Positions 9,599 through 19,363 of a stretch of 64,000 bases of DNA are shown piece by piece. Location: assembly GCF_000009045.1 (NCBI RefSeq), contig NC_000964.3, positions 868,001-932,000 of the forward strand, given 5' to 3'. The notes beneath the pieces were generated by a model, which was given only the letters and a program-made list of their open reading frames with translations, was not told the DNA's origin and did not search any database. Within the stretch, counting starts at the first letter, position 1, and each line of letters opens with the position of its first letter. The position numbers and the translations under genes are program-made. The DNA comes from Bacillus subtilis subsp. subtilis str. 168. GTDB lineage: Bacteria; Bacillota; Bacilli; Bacillales; Bacillaceae.

Positions 9599-10051
9599 AT
9601 GAAACGGCTATGCATCATCCCCTGCGGCAAGAAAAAAATCTGGGATGTCCAGCCTGATGCCGGGCCGGTAAGAGCAGAGGACGCTTATCTCAGCCCGTTT
9701 CATCAGGCGTGCGAGCGGTATGCAAAAACATTTTTCGATGAGTGGGTGATTTTGTCGGCGAAGCACGGGTTCCTCCGCCCTGATGATCTCGTTTCGGGAA
9801 ATTACGATGTCACTTTTGGCACCGGTCATCCGGAAATCATGACAGCGGACGAGCTGCGCCGTCAATTTCACGAAAAAGGCTTTTCTGATATCGAAGAGCT
9901 AGTCATGCTTGGCGGAAAAAAATATCGAAGCGTTCTAAACGCCGTCATCGGAGAACACCAGCATATCAGCTGGCCGCTATCATCATACAAAGGCATAGGC
10001 TATATGCTCCAAGCGCTGAACCGGGCTGTTGAAGAAAAGCATGAACTGTAG
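9599..10051 (+). CDS. yfjM: Hypothetical protein resembling DUF6884/YaaA-like family
   Basis: 150 aa; IIPCGKKK, AEDAYLSPF and ILSAKHG pattern; RBS GGGGGAGAGG. Confidence 0.8.
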   Translation: MKRLCIIPCGKKKIWDVQPDAGPVRAEDAYLSPFHQACERYAKTFFDEWVILSAKHGFLRPDDLVSGNYDVTFGTGHPEIMTADELRRQFHEKGFSDIEELVMLGGKKYRSVLNAVIGEHQHISWPLSSYKGIGYMLQALNRAVEEKHEL

Positions 10052-10080
10052 CACGTACATATGAGGAAAAGAGTGGGAAC

Positions 10081-10770
10081 ATGAAAAAACTTGTGTTTGG
10101 CTTGCTTGCCATTGTGTTATTCGGATGCGGACTATATATCTATCATGTATGGTTCGGTGATCCATTTTCGAAAAATGCTGCAGAACAGAAGCTAGTGTCT
10201 TATGTGAAACAAACCTATCCTAAGAAAGAAATCAAGATCACGAATGGGGTATATAACGCTAAAACGTCTGAATATGTATTTGAAGCAACCTCCCAATCTC
10301 ATCGCTACCCAATGTGTACGAAGGGATTTCTGCATCCTAAAGTAACGTGCGATGGAATTGAAGAAGCGTATACCGAATCAGTAGCAAAACATGTAAATGA
10401 AGAAGCAACGAAGGCAATCGAAGCAGATCTGAAAAAAGCGGTTCCTCGATTTATAAAAGCTGATGCTGCTTTGAGTATCGAAAACGGACAGTTCACGTTA
10501 GATACAAAATGGAACAAAAAGCTGGCTGAAAAAGCGCCTATGAGCATGACGATTCAGTTAGACGCCAGCGGGTTATCAAAAACAGATGCCGCAAAGATGG
10601 CGGAAACGGTCAGAAAAACGCTTAATGAAAAGGGATATACATACTCAAACGGCACGATAGACTGTATGCAGAAGGACGGGGACGGCGGTATTGGATATGT
10701 CAAATATTCAATTGATTTTCTTTCAAAAGCAGCTATTCAGTCAAACGATGCAGAGGAACTAGGAAGTTAA
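10081..10770 (+). CDS. yfjL: Membrane-anchored extracytoplasmic hypothetical protein
   Basis: 229 aa, N-terminal MKK plus hydrophobic helix, Lys-rich soluble domain with four Cys after the anchor. Confidence 0.82.
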   Translation: MKKLVFGLLAIVLFGCGLYIYHVWFGDPFSKNAAEQKLVSYVKQTYPKKEIKITNGVYNAKTSEYVFEATSQSHRYPMCTKGFLHPKVTCDGIEEAYTESVAKHVNEEATKAIEADLKKAVPRFIKADAALSIENGQFTLDTKWNKKLAEKAPMSMTIQLDASGLSKTDAAKMAETVRKTLNEKGYTYSNGTIDCMQKDGDGGIGYVKYSIDFLSKAAIQSNDAEELGS

Positions 10771-10807
10771 AAAGATTTCCAAGGAAATAAATACGTCGAT
10801 CATTGTC

Positions 10808-10837
10808 AAAGGCCGGGTGATATCCGGTCTTTTTTTT
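10808..10837 (+). terminator. Terminator after yfjL
   Basis: AAAGGCCGG/CCGGTCTTT stem plus T tract. Confidence 0.75.
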
Positions 10838-10851
10838 GCATGCTGTAAAAC

Positions 10852-10904
10852 GAGACAAATGAATCAGTTTGAGACAAAACGAGACACACGTCTCAAACTG
10901 TCTC
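10852..10904. promoter_or_regulatory. AcoR upstream activating sequences
   Basis: GAGACA repeats at 10852, 10871 and 10881; perfect 11-bp inverted repeat CAGTTTGAGAC (10865-75) / GTCTCAAACTG (10890-900) upstream of a sigma54 promoter. Confidence 0.75.
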
Positions 10905-10946
10905 CAAAGTGAAGATGAGAAGACTGATTTTACGGGCTCAAAAGAC

Positions 10947-10962
10947 TGGCACACTTCTTGCA
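10947..10962 (+). promoter_or_regulatory. SigL (sigma54) -24/-12 promoter of acoABCL
   Basis: TGGCAC-ACTTC-TTGCA consensus. Confidence 0.9.
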
Positions 10963-11001
10963 TTTATAATGGTGAACCCTAAATAGAAGGAGGCGCACAA
11001 A

Positions 11002-12003
11002 ATGAAATTGTTAAAACGAGAAGGCTTGTCATTAACTGAGGAAAAAGCGCTGTGGATGTACCAAAAGATGCTGGAGATCAGGGGCTTTGAAGACAAAGTG
11101 CATGAACTGTTCGCCCAGGGAGTGCTTCCCGGATTCGTTCATTTATATGCCGGTGAGGAAGCCGTGGCTGTAGGGGTGTGCGCTCATTTACATGATGGCG
11201 ACAGCATTACAAGCACCCACAGGGGACATGGACATTGTATCGCCAAAGGCTGTGACCTGGACGGCATGATGGCGGAAATTTTCGGGAAAGCGACCGGATT
11301 GTGCAAAGGCAAGGGCGGTTCTATGCACATTGCGGATCTTGATAAAGGCATGTTAGGCGCAAATGGAATCGTCGGGGGCGGCTTTACGCTCGCATGCGGA
11401 TCAGCGCTCACGGCTAAATATAAACAGACTAAAAATGTAAGCGTTTGCTTTTTCGGGGACGGGGCAAATAACCAAGGTACCTTCCACGAAGGGCTGAATT
11501 TAGCGGCTGTATGGAACCTTCCTGTCGTATTTGTTGCTGAAAACAACGGCTATGGCGAAGCTACCCCATTTGAGTACGCATCAGCCTGTGATTCAATCGC
11601 CGATCGGGCGGCTGCTTATAACATGCCGGGGGTTACAGTTGACGGCAAAGATATTTTAGCAGTTTACCAGGCAGCCGAGGAAGCGATAGAAAGAGCAAGA
11701 AACGGCGGCGGCCCGTCTTTGATTGAATGTATGACCTACAGAAACTACGGCCATTTCGAAGGAGATGCCCAAACCTATAAAACGAAGGATGAAAGAGTTG
11801 AGCACCTTGAAGAAAAAGATGCCATTCAAGGTTTTAAAAACTACCTTTTAAAAGAAACAGATGCTAATAAGCTGTCAGACATTGAACAGCGTGTCAGCGA
11901 ATCGATTGAAAAAGCCGTCTCGTTCAGCGAAGACAGCCCATATCCAAAAGATTCGGAGCTGCTGACAGATGTGTATGTGTCATATGAAAAAGGAGGAATG
12001 TAA
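11002..12003 (+). CDS. acoA: Acetoin dehydrogenase E1 alpha (TPP-dependent)
   Basis: GDGANNQG TPP motif, HRGHGH, YRNYGH. Confidence 0.97.
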   Translation: MKLLKREGLSLTEEKALWMYQKMLEIRGFEDKVHELFAQGVLPGFVHLYAGEEAVAVGVCAHLHDGDSITSTHRGHGHCIAKGCDLDGMMAEIFGKATGLCKGKGGSMHIADLDKGMLGANGIVGGGFTLACGSALTAKYKQTKNVSVCFFGDGANNQGTFHEGLNLAAVWNLPVVFVAENNGYGEATPFEYASACDSIADRAAAYNMPGVTVDGKDILAVYQAAEEAIERARNGGGPSLIECMTYRNYGHFEGDAQTYKTKDERVEHLEEKDAIQGFKNYLLKETDANKLSDIEQRVSESIEKAVSFSEDSPYPKDSELLTDVYVSYEKGGM

Positions 12004-12006
12004 GAG

Positions 12007-13035
12007 ATGGCGAGAGTCATAAGCATGTCAGACGCGATCAATGAAGCAATGAAGCTTGCGATGAGAAAAGACGAAAATGTGCTTTTGATCGGTGAGGATG
12101 TCGCCGGGGGAGCGGCGGTCGATCATTTGCAGGATGATGAAGCATGGGGCGGTGTATTAGGGGTCACAAAGGGACTCGTACAGGAATTCGGGCGTACAAG
12201 AGTGCTGGACACTCCGATTTCTGAGGCAGGCTATATGGGAGCGGCTATGGCTGCGGCATCAACCGGTTTGAGACCGATTGCCGAGCTGATGTTTAACGAT
12301 TTTATCGGCACGTGCTTTGATCAGGTGATCAACCAAGGGGCGAAATTCCGTTATATGTTCGGCGGAAAAGCGCAAGTGCCGATTACCGTCCGCACCACAT
12401 ACGGAGCAGGGTTCCGGGCCGCTGCCCAGCATTCACAATCGCTGTATGGCCTTTTCACGAGCATCCCTGGACTGAAGACAGTTGTTCCATCCAATCCGTA
12501 TGATGCCAAAGGTCTTTTGCTTGCAGCAATAGAAGATAATGATCCGGTGTTTTTCTTTGAAGACAAAACGTCCTACAACATGAAGGGCGAGGTGCCGGAA
12601 GATTATTATACAATTCCCCTCGGAAAAGCGGATATCAAACGCGAAGGCAATGATGTTACGCTCTTTGCAGTCGGCAAGCAGGTCAATACTGCGCTTGAAG
12701 CGGCTGCACAGCTTTCAGAGAGGGGCATCGAAGCCGAGGTCCTTGATCCCCGCAGTCTGTCTCCTCTGGATGAGGATGCGATTTTCACATCGTTAGAAAA
12801 AACAAACCGGCTGATCATCATTGATGAAGCCAATCCGCGATGCAGCATTGCCACGGATATTGCTGCGCTTGTCGCTGACAAGGGCTTTGATTTGCTTGAT
12901 GCGCCGATTAAACGGATTACAGCGCCGCATACACCGGTTCCGTTTTCACCAGTGCTTGAAGATCAATATTTGCCGACACCAGATAAAATTGTCAGCGTCA
13001 CGCTTGAATTGCTTGGCGAGCCGGCATTGAATTAA
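12007..13035 (+). CDS. acoB: Acetoin dehydrogenase E1 beta
   Basis: GEDV, DTPISEAG, AAQHSQ motifs. Confidence 0.97.
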   Translation: MARVISMSDAINEAMKLAMRKDENVLLIGEDVAGGAAVDHLQDDEAWGGVLGVTKGLVQEFGRTRVLDTPISEAGYMGAAMAAASTGLRPIAELMFNDFIGTCFDQVINQGAKFRYMFGGKAQVPITVRTTYGAGFRAAAQHSQSLYGLFTSIPGLKTVVPSNPYDAKGLLLAAIEDNDPVFFFEDKTSYNMKGEVPEDYYTIPLGKADIKREGNDVTLFAVGKQVNTALEAAAQLSERGIEAEVLDPRSLSPLDEDAIFTSLEKTNRLIIIDEANPRCSIATDIAALVADKGFDLLDAPIKRITAPHTPVPFSPVLEDQYLPTPDKIVSVTLELLGEPALN

Positions 13036-13048
13036 AGGGGGGACACAA

Positions 13049-14245
13049 ATGGCGGTAAAAGTAGTGATGCCAAAATTGGGAATGGCCATGAAACAAGGGG
13101 AAGTATCGATATGGAATAAAAAAGTAGGCGACCCGGTTGAAAAGGGAGAAAGCATTGCCAGCATTCAATCGGAGAAAATTGAAATGGAGATCGAAGCGCC
13201 TGAAAAAGGAACGCTGATCGATATCAAAGTGAAAGAGGGAGAAGAGGTTCCGCCCGGCACAGCTATCTGCTATATCGGGGACGCCAATGAGTCGGTGCAG
13301 GAAGAGGCGGGGGCGCCTGTTGCTGAAGACAATATGCCGCAAGCCGTCCAGCCCGTCAAACAAGAAAACAAACCCGCAGCCTCCAAAAAAGATCGAATGA
13401 AAATATCTCCAGTCGCCAGGAAAATAGCAGAAAAAGCAGGATTAGACCTAAAACAACTGAAAGGAACTGGACCAGGCGGACGAATCGTGAAGGATGACGT
13501 AACAAAGGCTCTTGCTGAACAGAAAAAAGATCAAGCAAAGCCTGTTTCGGAGCAGAAAGCGCAGGAAATCCCGGTGACAGGCATGAGAAAGGTCATCGCT
13601 GCCCGAATGCAGGAAAGCCTGGCAAACAGCGCGCAGCTGACGATCACGATGAAAGCTGATATCACCAAGCTTGCCACTCTTCAAAAACAGCTTTCACCAA
13701 CTGCGGAAGAGAGATACGGCACAAAACTGACGATCACTCATTTTGTCTCAAGAGCCGCCGTTCTCGCTCTGCAAGCTCACCCTGTGCTGAACAGCTTTTA
13801 TCAAAATGAGCGCATCATCACACATCCCCATGTGCACCTTGGTATGGCTGTAGCCTTGGAAAATGGCTTAGTGGTGCCTGTCATCCGCCATGCTGAAAAG
13901 CTATCGCTGATTGAACTGGCTCAATCCATCTCAGAAAATGCCAAAAAAGCACGCGAGGGACGTGCGGGAAGCGAAGAACTGCAAGGATCTACTTTCTCCA
14001 TTACAAACCTTGGCGCGTTTGGAGTTGAGCATTTCACACCGATACTAAATCCGCCGGAAACAGGCATTCTCGGCATCGGAGCAAGCTATGACACACCGGT
14101 GTATCAAGGGGAGGAGATCGTCAGAAGCACGATCCTGCCACTCAGCCTGACATTTGATCACAGAGCGTGTGACGGCGCCCCTGCCGCTGCATTCCTGAAG
14201 GCGATGAAAACATATTTGGAAGAACCCGCAGCATTAATTTTATAG
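13049..14245 (+). CDS. acoC: Acetoin dehydrogenase E2 dihydrolipoamide acetyltransferase
   Basis: Lipoyl domain SEKIEME, E3-binding domain GTGPGGRI, catalytic DHRACDG. Confidence 0.97.
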   Translation: MAVKVVMPKLGMAMKQGEVSIWNKKVGDPVEKGESIASIQSEKIEMEIEAPEKGTLIDIKVKEGEEVPPGTAICYIGDANESVQEEAGAPVAEDNMPQAVQPVKQENKPAASKKDRMKISPVARKIAEKAGLDLKQLKGTGPGGRIVKDDVTKALAEQKKDQAKPVSEQKAQEIPVTGMRKVIAARMQESLANSAQLTITMKADITKLATLQKQLSPTAEERYGTKLTITHFVSRAAVLALQAHPVLNSFYQNERIITHPHVHLGMAVALENGLVVPVIRHAEKLSLIELAQSISENAKKAREGRAGSEELQGSTFSITNLGAFGVEHFTPILNPPETGILGIGASYDTPVYQGEEIVRSTILPLSLTFDHRACDGAPAAAFLKAMKTYLEEPAALIL

Positions 14246-14265
14246 GAAAAGCAGGTGAAAACGAC

Positions 14266-15642
14266 ATGACATTAGCCATTATCGGCGGCGGACCTGCAGG
14301 CTATGCGGCTGCGGTTTCCGCGGCACAGCAGGGCAGAAACGTGCTGCTCATTGACAAAGGCAAGCTTGGGGGGACCTGCCTGAATGAAGGCTGCATCCCG
14401 ACAAAGTCTTTGTTAGAAAGCGCAAACGTTCTTGATAAAATCAAGCATGCCGACAGCTTTGGAATCGAACTTCCGGCAGGTGCGATATCAGTCGATTGGA
14501 GTAAAATGCAAAGCCGAAAACAACAGGTTGTCAGTCAGCTTGTCCAAGGCGTTCAGTACCTAATGAAGAAAAATCAAATACAGGTTGTAAAGGGAACAGC
14601 CTCCTTTCTTTCTGAAAGAAAGCTCTTGATCGAAGGAGAAAACGGAAAAGAAATCAGAGAGGCGGACCAAGTATTGATTGCCTCCGGGTCAGAGCCAATC
14701 GAGCTGCCTTTTGCCCCATTTGACGGCGAATGGATCCTCGACAGCAAAGACGCGCTTTCTCTTTCCGAGATTCCGTCTTCACTAGTCATTGTCGGCGGCG
14801 GTGTCATCGGGTGTGAGTATGCAGGGCTGTTCGCCAGATTGGGATCGCAGGTGACCATCATTGAAACAGCGGACCGGCTGATCCCGGCTGAAGATGAAGA
14901 TATTGCCCGTCTCTTTCAGGAGAAACTTGAGGAAGACGGTGTCGAAGTGCATACTTCATCCAGATTAGGGCGGGTGGATCAAACGGCCAAAACGGCAATA
15001 TGGAAAAGCGGTCAGCGAGAGTTTAAAACGAAGGCCGATTATGTGCTGGTGGCGATCGGCAGAAAACCCCGTCTTGACGGATTGCAGCTGGAACAGGCCG
15101 GAGTTGATTTTTCTCCAAAGGGCATTCCGGTGAATGGGCACATGCAGACGAACGTGCCTCATATTTACGCGTGCGGAGATGCTATAGGGGGCATTCAGCT
15201 CGCGCATGCCGCTTTCCATGAGGGCATCATCGCTGCTTCTCATGCTTCCGGAAGGGATGTCAAAATCAATGAGAAACATGTGCCGCGCTGCATCTATACG
15301 TCCCCGGAAATCGCGTGTATCGGAATGACAGAACGACAGGCAAGAAGCATATACGGGGATGTGAAGATCGGCGAATTTTCATTTTCCGCAAACGGCAAGG
15401 CGCTCATTAAACAGCAAGCGGAAGGAAAGGTCAAAATCATGGCTGAACCGGAATTCGGCGAAATCGTGGGTGTCTCGATGATTGGCCCGGATGTAACCGA
15501 GCTCATCGGCCAAGCGGCAGCGATCATGAATGGTGAGATGACGGCAGATATGGCGGAGCATTTTATCGCCGCCCATCCGACTTTATCGGAAACATTGCAT
15601 GAGGCGCTGTTAAGCACGATCGGCCTTGCGGTACATGCATAA
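14266..15642 (+). CDS. acoL: Dihydrolipoamide dehydrogenase E3
   Basis: GGGPAG, GGTCLNEGCIP redox disulfide, HPTLSE. Confidence 0.97.
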   Translation: MTLAIIGGGPAGYAAAVSAAQQGRNVLLIDKGKLGGTCLNEGCIPTKSLLESANVLDKIKHADSFGIELPAGAISVDWSKMQSRKQQVVSQLVQGVQYLMKKNQIQVVKGTASFLSERKLLIEGENGKEIREADQVLIASGSEPIELPFAPFDGEWILDSKDALSLSEIPSSLVIVGGGVIGCEYAGLFARLGSQVTIIETADRLIPAEDEDIARLFQEKLEEDGVEVHTSSRLGRVDQTAKTAIWKSGQREFKTKADYVLVAIGRKPRLDGLQLEQAGVDFSPKGIPVNGHMQTNVPHIYACGDAIGGIQLAHAAFHEGIIAASHASGRDVKINEKHVPRCIYTSPEIACIGMTERQARSIYGDVKIGEFSFSANGKALIKQQAEGKVKIMAEPEFGEIVGVSMIGPDVTELIGQAAAIMNGEMTADMAEHFIAAHPTLSETLHEALLSTIGLAVHA

Positions 15643-15650
15643 TAAAGGAA

Positions 15651-15686
15651 AAAGCAGGCGCATGGATATAAGGCGCCTGCTTTTTT
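15651..15686 (+). terminator. Terminator of the aco operon
   Basis: AAAGCAGGCGC/GCGCCTGCTTT stem plus T tract. Confidence 0.85.
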
Positions 15687-15691
15687 ATTGT

Positions 15692-15705
15692 TGAAAGCGC
15701 TTTAT
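15692..15705. promoter_or_regulatory. cre site (CcpA) upstream of acoR
   Basis: TGAAAGCGCTTTAT resembles the cre consensus. Confidence 0.7.
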
Positions 15706-15757
15706 TTTTCCCCTACAATAGATGAAAACGGCGTGTAAGGGAGGAGCGATCAAGGAA

Positions 15758-17575
15758 ATGAATTCGGTCCCAAACGATTTGCAAACCTGGAAACGTTTTG
15801 TGAAAGACGGTGTGCTTGACGAAGCCCGATTAAGAAAACGGATTGCAGAGTCATGGCATCGCTGCAAAAAAGCTGAGGTCAATCCTTATTTAGAAAAAGG
15901 CCCGAAGGTTTTACAGCAAACGGAGCTGGATCAGCAGTCAAAAAAACATTCATTCTTCTTGACGACCGCAAAGCCTTACCTCGAAAAACTGCTGCCTGCC
16001 ATAAAAGAAATGGAAATGATGGCGCTGTTAATTGATTCAGACGGTGTTGTTCTGGCATTGGACGGCCATCCGCGCGCGCTCTATGAAGCCAAACGCATCA
16101 ATTTCGTCGAAGGGGCATGCTGGACAGAAACGGCTGTCGGAACAAATGCGATTGGCACGGCGCTCCACATCAGCGAGCCGGTTGCAATACAAGGATCAGA
16201 GCATTACTCTATCGCTTCCCATCTTTGGAACTGTTCAGCTGCTCCGATTCACCATGAGGATGGCAGCCTTGCGGGTGTAATTGACATATCATGCCCGGCG
16301 GCAGGCGCGCATCCTCATATGCTTGGTATTGCCACGGCGATTGCCTATGCCGCTGAACGGGAACTCGCAGCTAAAAGCCGTGAGAAAGAGCTGGAGCTGA
16401 TCAGCCGTTTTGGGGAGAGAGCTGCATCCAGTGTGCCGATGGTGCTCTGTAATACCAAGCAGCACATCATCAGTGCGAGCATGCCGATTCGAACCTCAAT
16501 GCCGGATTGGCAGGGCCGGCACCTGTACGAGTTGAAGGAACGGGGCTATTCAATCGAAAATGCTGTCACCATAGGAGATGGCGGCACTTGTTTTTATCTT
16601 TCGGAACAAAAGAAAAAGAAGGCGTTTCGATTCAATGGAGTGATCGGGCAAAGCGGCCGATCGCAAGCGATGCTGATGCACCTTGAACGAGCAGCTGCGA
16701 CGGATGCATCGGTCTGTTTGTCGGGTGAAACGGGTACGGGGAAGGAGGTCGCGGCTCGCGCGCTTCATGAGAACAGTGAGAGACGGCACGGTCCGTTTGT
16801 TGCTGTCAATTGCGGAGCGATTCCGTCTGATTTGATTGAAAGCGAACTGTTCGGATATGCAGAGGGCGCTTTTACGGGAGCGAAACGAAATGGCTATAAA
16901 GGCGCCTTTCAAAAAGCGAATCAAGGCACATTATTTTTAGATGAAATCGGAGAAATTTCCCACTCGATGCAGGTTGCACTTTTACGGGTGCTTCAGGAAC
17001 GCAAGATAACGCCAATCGGCGGGACGAAAGAAATTCCGGTTGATATCAGAGTTATTGCCGCCACACATTGTGATTTACGCGAGCTTGCCGAAAACGGAAA
17101 AATCAGAGAGGACTTGTTTTACCGTCTTCATGTCTATCCAATTGAACTCCCTCCATTACGCGATCGCACCGAGGATATCCCGGATCTCTTTGAGTACTAC
17201 AAACAGAAGAATCATTGGCCAGGCGATCTTCCTTCTGATTTTTGTAATGTGCTGAAGCAATGGAAGTGGCCGGGGAATATCCGCGAGCTGTTTAATGTGT
17301 TTGAACGTCTTTCTATCAGATTTCCGGACGGCCGGCTGAGAGATGAATCGCTTCCCGCTTTACTGGAAGCCGCTGGATTGCCGGCCAGCTCTGCAGAAAA
17401 AAAGCCGGCTGCTGCCGGCGTGCTTACTTTTCGTGAGCAAATCCAAAAGGATATGATGATCAAAGCGCTTGAATCTGCAAAAGGAAACGTCTCTCAAGCC
17501 GCAAAAATCAGCGGGATCCCCCGAAGCACTTTCTACAAACGCCTGAAAAAATTCAACTTGTCCGCTGAATCATAA
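15758..17575 (+). CDS. acoR: Sigma54-dependent transcriptional activator of the aco operon
   Basis: GAF domain, AAA+ [23 protein letters not shown]-terminal Fis-type HTH; ATG at 15758 after GGGAGGAG. Confidence 0.96.
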   Translation: MNSVPNDLQTWKRFVKDGVLDEARLRKRIAESWHRCKKAEVNPYLEKGPKVLQQTELDQQSKKHSFFLTTAKPYLEKLLPAIKEMEMMALLIDSDGVVLALDGHPRALYEAKRINFVEGACWTETAVGTNAIGTALHISEPVAIQGSEHYSIASHLWNCSAAPIHHEDGSLAGVIDISCPAAGAHPHMLGIATAIAYAAERELAAKSREKELELISRFGERAASSVPMVLCNTKQHIISASMPIRTSMPDWQGRHLYELKERGYSIENAVTIGDGGTCFYLSEQKKKKAFRFNGVIGQSGRSQAMLMHLERAAATDASVCLSGETGTGKEVAARALHENSERRHGPFVAVNCGAIPSDLIESELFGYAEGAFTGAKRNGYKGAFQKANQGTLFLDEIGEISHSMQVALLRVLQERKITPIGGTKEIPVDIRVIAATHCDLRELAENGKIREDLFYRLHVYPIELPPLRDRTEDIPDLFEYYKQKNHWPGDLPSDFCNVLKQWKWPGNIRELFNVFERLSIRFPDGRLRDESLPALLEAAGLPASSAEKKPAAAGVLTFREQIQKDMMIKALESAKGNVSQAAKISGIPRSTFYKRLKKFNLSAES

Positions 17576-17577
17576 AG

Positions 17578-17607
17578 CATACTTCCTTCAGGAAATGGAA
17601 ACGTTAT
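17578..17607 (+). promoter_or_regulatory. Forespore SigF/SigG-type promoter of sspH
   Basis: GCATA-N15-GGAAACGTTA. Confidence 0.55.
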
Positions 17608-17628
17608 GTATTGAAGGAGGGTGTTACG

Positions 17629-17808
17629 ATGAATATTCAAAGGGCGAAAGAAATTGTAGAATCTCCCGACATGAAGAAAGTAACATATAACGGCGTTCCT
17701 ATTTACATTCAGCACGTAAATGAAGAAACTGGAACAGCAAGAATTTATCCGCTTGACGAACCGCAAGAGGAGCATGAAGTGCAGCTGAACAGCTTAAAAG
17801 AGGATTAA
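17629..17808 (+). CDS. sspH: Small acid-soluble spore protein H
   Basis: 59 aa MNIQRAKEIVESPDMKKVTYNGVPIYIQHV; RBS AAGGAGG. Confidence 0.93.
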   Translation: MNIQRAKEIVESPDMKKVTYNGVPIYIQHVNEETGTARIYPLDEPQEEHEVQLNSLKED

Positions 17809-17811
17809 ACA

Positions 17812-17842
17812 AAAATGGCCCGCTTCATAAGCAGGCCATTTT
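17812..17842. terminator. Bidirectional terminator sspH/yfjF
   Basis: AAAATGGCC/GGCCATTTT stem. Confidence 0.8.
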
Positions 17843-17843
17843 G

Positions 17844-18173
17844 TTATCCGCGCGGCGCAAATAAAATAACACAGACACCGATGAGACAAATGAATGCGCC
17901 GATCCAGTCATACAGATCAGGTGTTTTCCGGTCAACAAGCCATCCCCACAGGACCGCAAGCACGATGAATACTCCGCCATAAGCGGCGTATACACGGCCG
18001 AAAGATGGGAAGGACTGAAACGTCGGAAGAATGCCGTATACAATGAGGATCAGCGCCCCGGCGATTCCGTAGCCAGCTGGCTTTGCCTCTCTCAGCCATA
18101 GCCAAACCAGATATCCGCCGCCAATTTCAGCAAGCCCTGCCGCGAGAAATAAAAGAATGGTAATCAGCATCAT
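17844..18173 (-). CDS. yfjF: UPF0060 (YnfA/SMR-like) small membrane protein
   Basis: 109 aa, four TM helices, AEIGGGY and [11 protein letters not shown] motifs. Confidence 0.9.
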   Translation of the reverse strand: MMLITILLFLAAGLAEIGGGYLVWLWLREAKPAGYGIAGALILIVYGILPTFQSFPSFGRVYAAYGGVFIVLAVLWGWLVDRKTPDLYDWIGAFICLIGVCVILFAPRG

Positions 18174-18222
18174 GAGCACTCCTCAATTTGCATTTATCTT
18201 TCATTATAGAGGAGGAGAGCTT

Positions 18223-18765
18223 TTAAAGCTTCGGATGATTCTCAAATTCCTTCAAATACGCTTTTCGCTGAACCTCTGTAAATTGGCTGATCCAATTGTT
18301 TTGAGCCTCTTCATTCAAATGGGGAAGGATATAGCGTTCAACCGCTTCGAAAAACAGCGGATTCGTGATGATGTTCCAGGTCGGGATTCGAACGATTTTG
18401 CCGTCTGTTTTCTCGATGATAATATCCTCAAAAAAGATCCCTTTCAAACTGTATTGATGGCGTCCCATATAAAGCCGCTTCACCTCGGAAAACAGCACGC
18501 TGCGCTTTCTCAAGAAGATTTCGCCACTAGGTCCGGTCTTTATGGTGAAAATGACATTTCCACGGCTTGTGAACGCAGGAAAAGCCATAAAGAATGTGAT
18601 CAATCCATAAATCATCGCCAGTAATCCGCCGCCCAAATAAAGCAGGGCATATTTAGATTCAAACGTGAGGGCTTCAGACACCAGCCAGACTCCCACAATA
18701 AAGGCGCCCCCTGTAGCGAGGAACAGCCAAGCCCTTAGAAACATCATGCTTTTTACTTCAATCAT
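18223..18765 (-). CDS. yfjE: Two-TM membrane protein, paralogue of YfjD (candidate immunity protein)
   Basis: 180 aa; near-identical C-terminus to YfjD (IRIPTWNII.NPLFFEAVERYILPHLNEEA...EFENHPKL). Confidence 0.85.
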   Translation of the reverse strand: MIEVKSMMFLRAWLFLATGGAFIVGVWLVSEALTFESKYALLYLGGGLLAMIYGLITFFMAFPAFTSRGNVIFTIKTGPSGEIFLRKRSVLFSEVKRLYMGRHQYSLKGIFFEDIIIEKTDGKIVRIPTWNIITNPLFFEAVERYILPHLNEEAQNNWISQFTEVQRKAYLKEFENHPKL

Positions 18766-18774
18766 GTGCTGCCC

Positions 18775-19332
18775 CTAAAGCTTCGGATGATTCTCAAATT
18801 CCTTCAAATACGCACTGCGTTGGATGTCTGTAAACTGTCCGATCCAATTGCTTTTCGCCTCTTCATTCAGATGTGGAAGGATATAGCGTTCAACCGCTTC
18901 GAAAAACAACGGATTCGGAATGATGTTCCAAGTGGGAATGCGAATGGTCTTCTGATCCACGGTTTGGATCAATATATCTTCTTGGAAGATTCCTTTTAGA
19001 CTAAATTTATGGCGGCTCATCTCAATTTTCTTGATATCAGTAAACGTAACAGACACTTTGTCAGTGAACACTTCTCCATTTTTTCCTGTCTTGATGCGGA
19101 AAATGGTATTTCCCCGCGGGGTGAAAGCCGGAAAGAAGATGATAAATAAATATAAACAAAACAAGGTGAACAGAAAGCCAGCAGGAATGGCTAATAGGTA
19201 ATATTTCGTTTGAAACGTAATACCCATATAAAAGAGCCACAAACATGCTAATCCCATACCGGCAGATCCGACAAAAGCCCATATTCTCAGGAACATTTTG
19301 CTTTTGACTTCAATGATTTCTTGGTTTTTCAA
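18775..19332 (-). CDS. yfjD: Two-TM membrane protein (candidate immunity protein)
   Basis: 185 aa, TTG start, RBS AAGGAG, two N-terminal TM helices plus soluble domain. Confidence 0.85.
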   Translation of the reverse strand: MKNQEIIEVKSKMFLRIWAFVGSAGMGLACLWLFYMGITFQTKYYLLAIPAGFLFTLFCLYLFIIFFPAFTPRGNTIFRIKTGKNGEVFTDKVSVTFTDIKKIEMSRHKFSLKGIFQEDILIQTVDQKTIRIPTWNIIPNPLFFEAVERYILPHLNEEAKSNWIGQFTDIQRSAYLKEFENHPKL

Positions 19333-19363
19333 TGCTTTTCTCCTTTTGTTAATTCAATTCTTA

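Noticed and set aside
10852-10904. Short GAGACA repeats resembling a mini repeat array or CRISPR
   Set aside because: Too short, irregularly spaced and without spacers; fully explained as AcoR enhancer sites upstream of the sigma54 promoter
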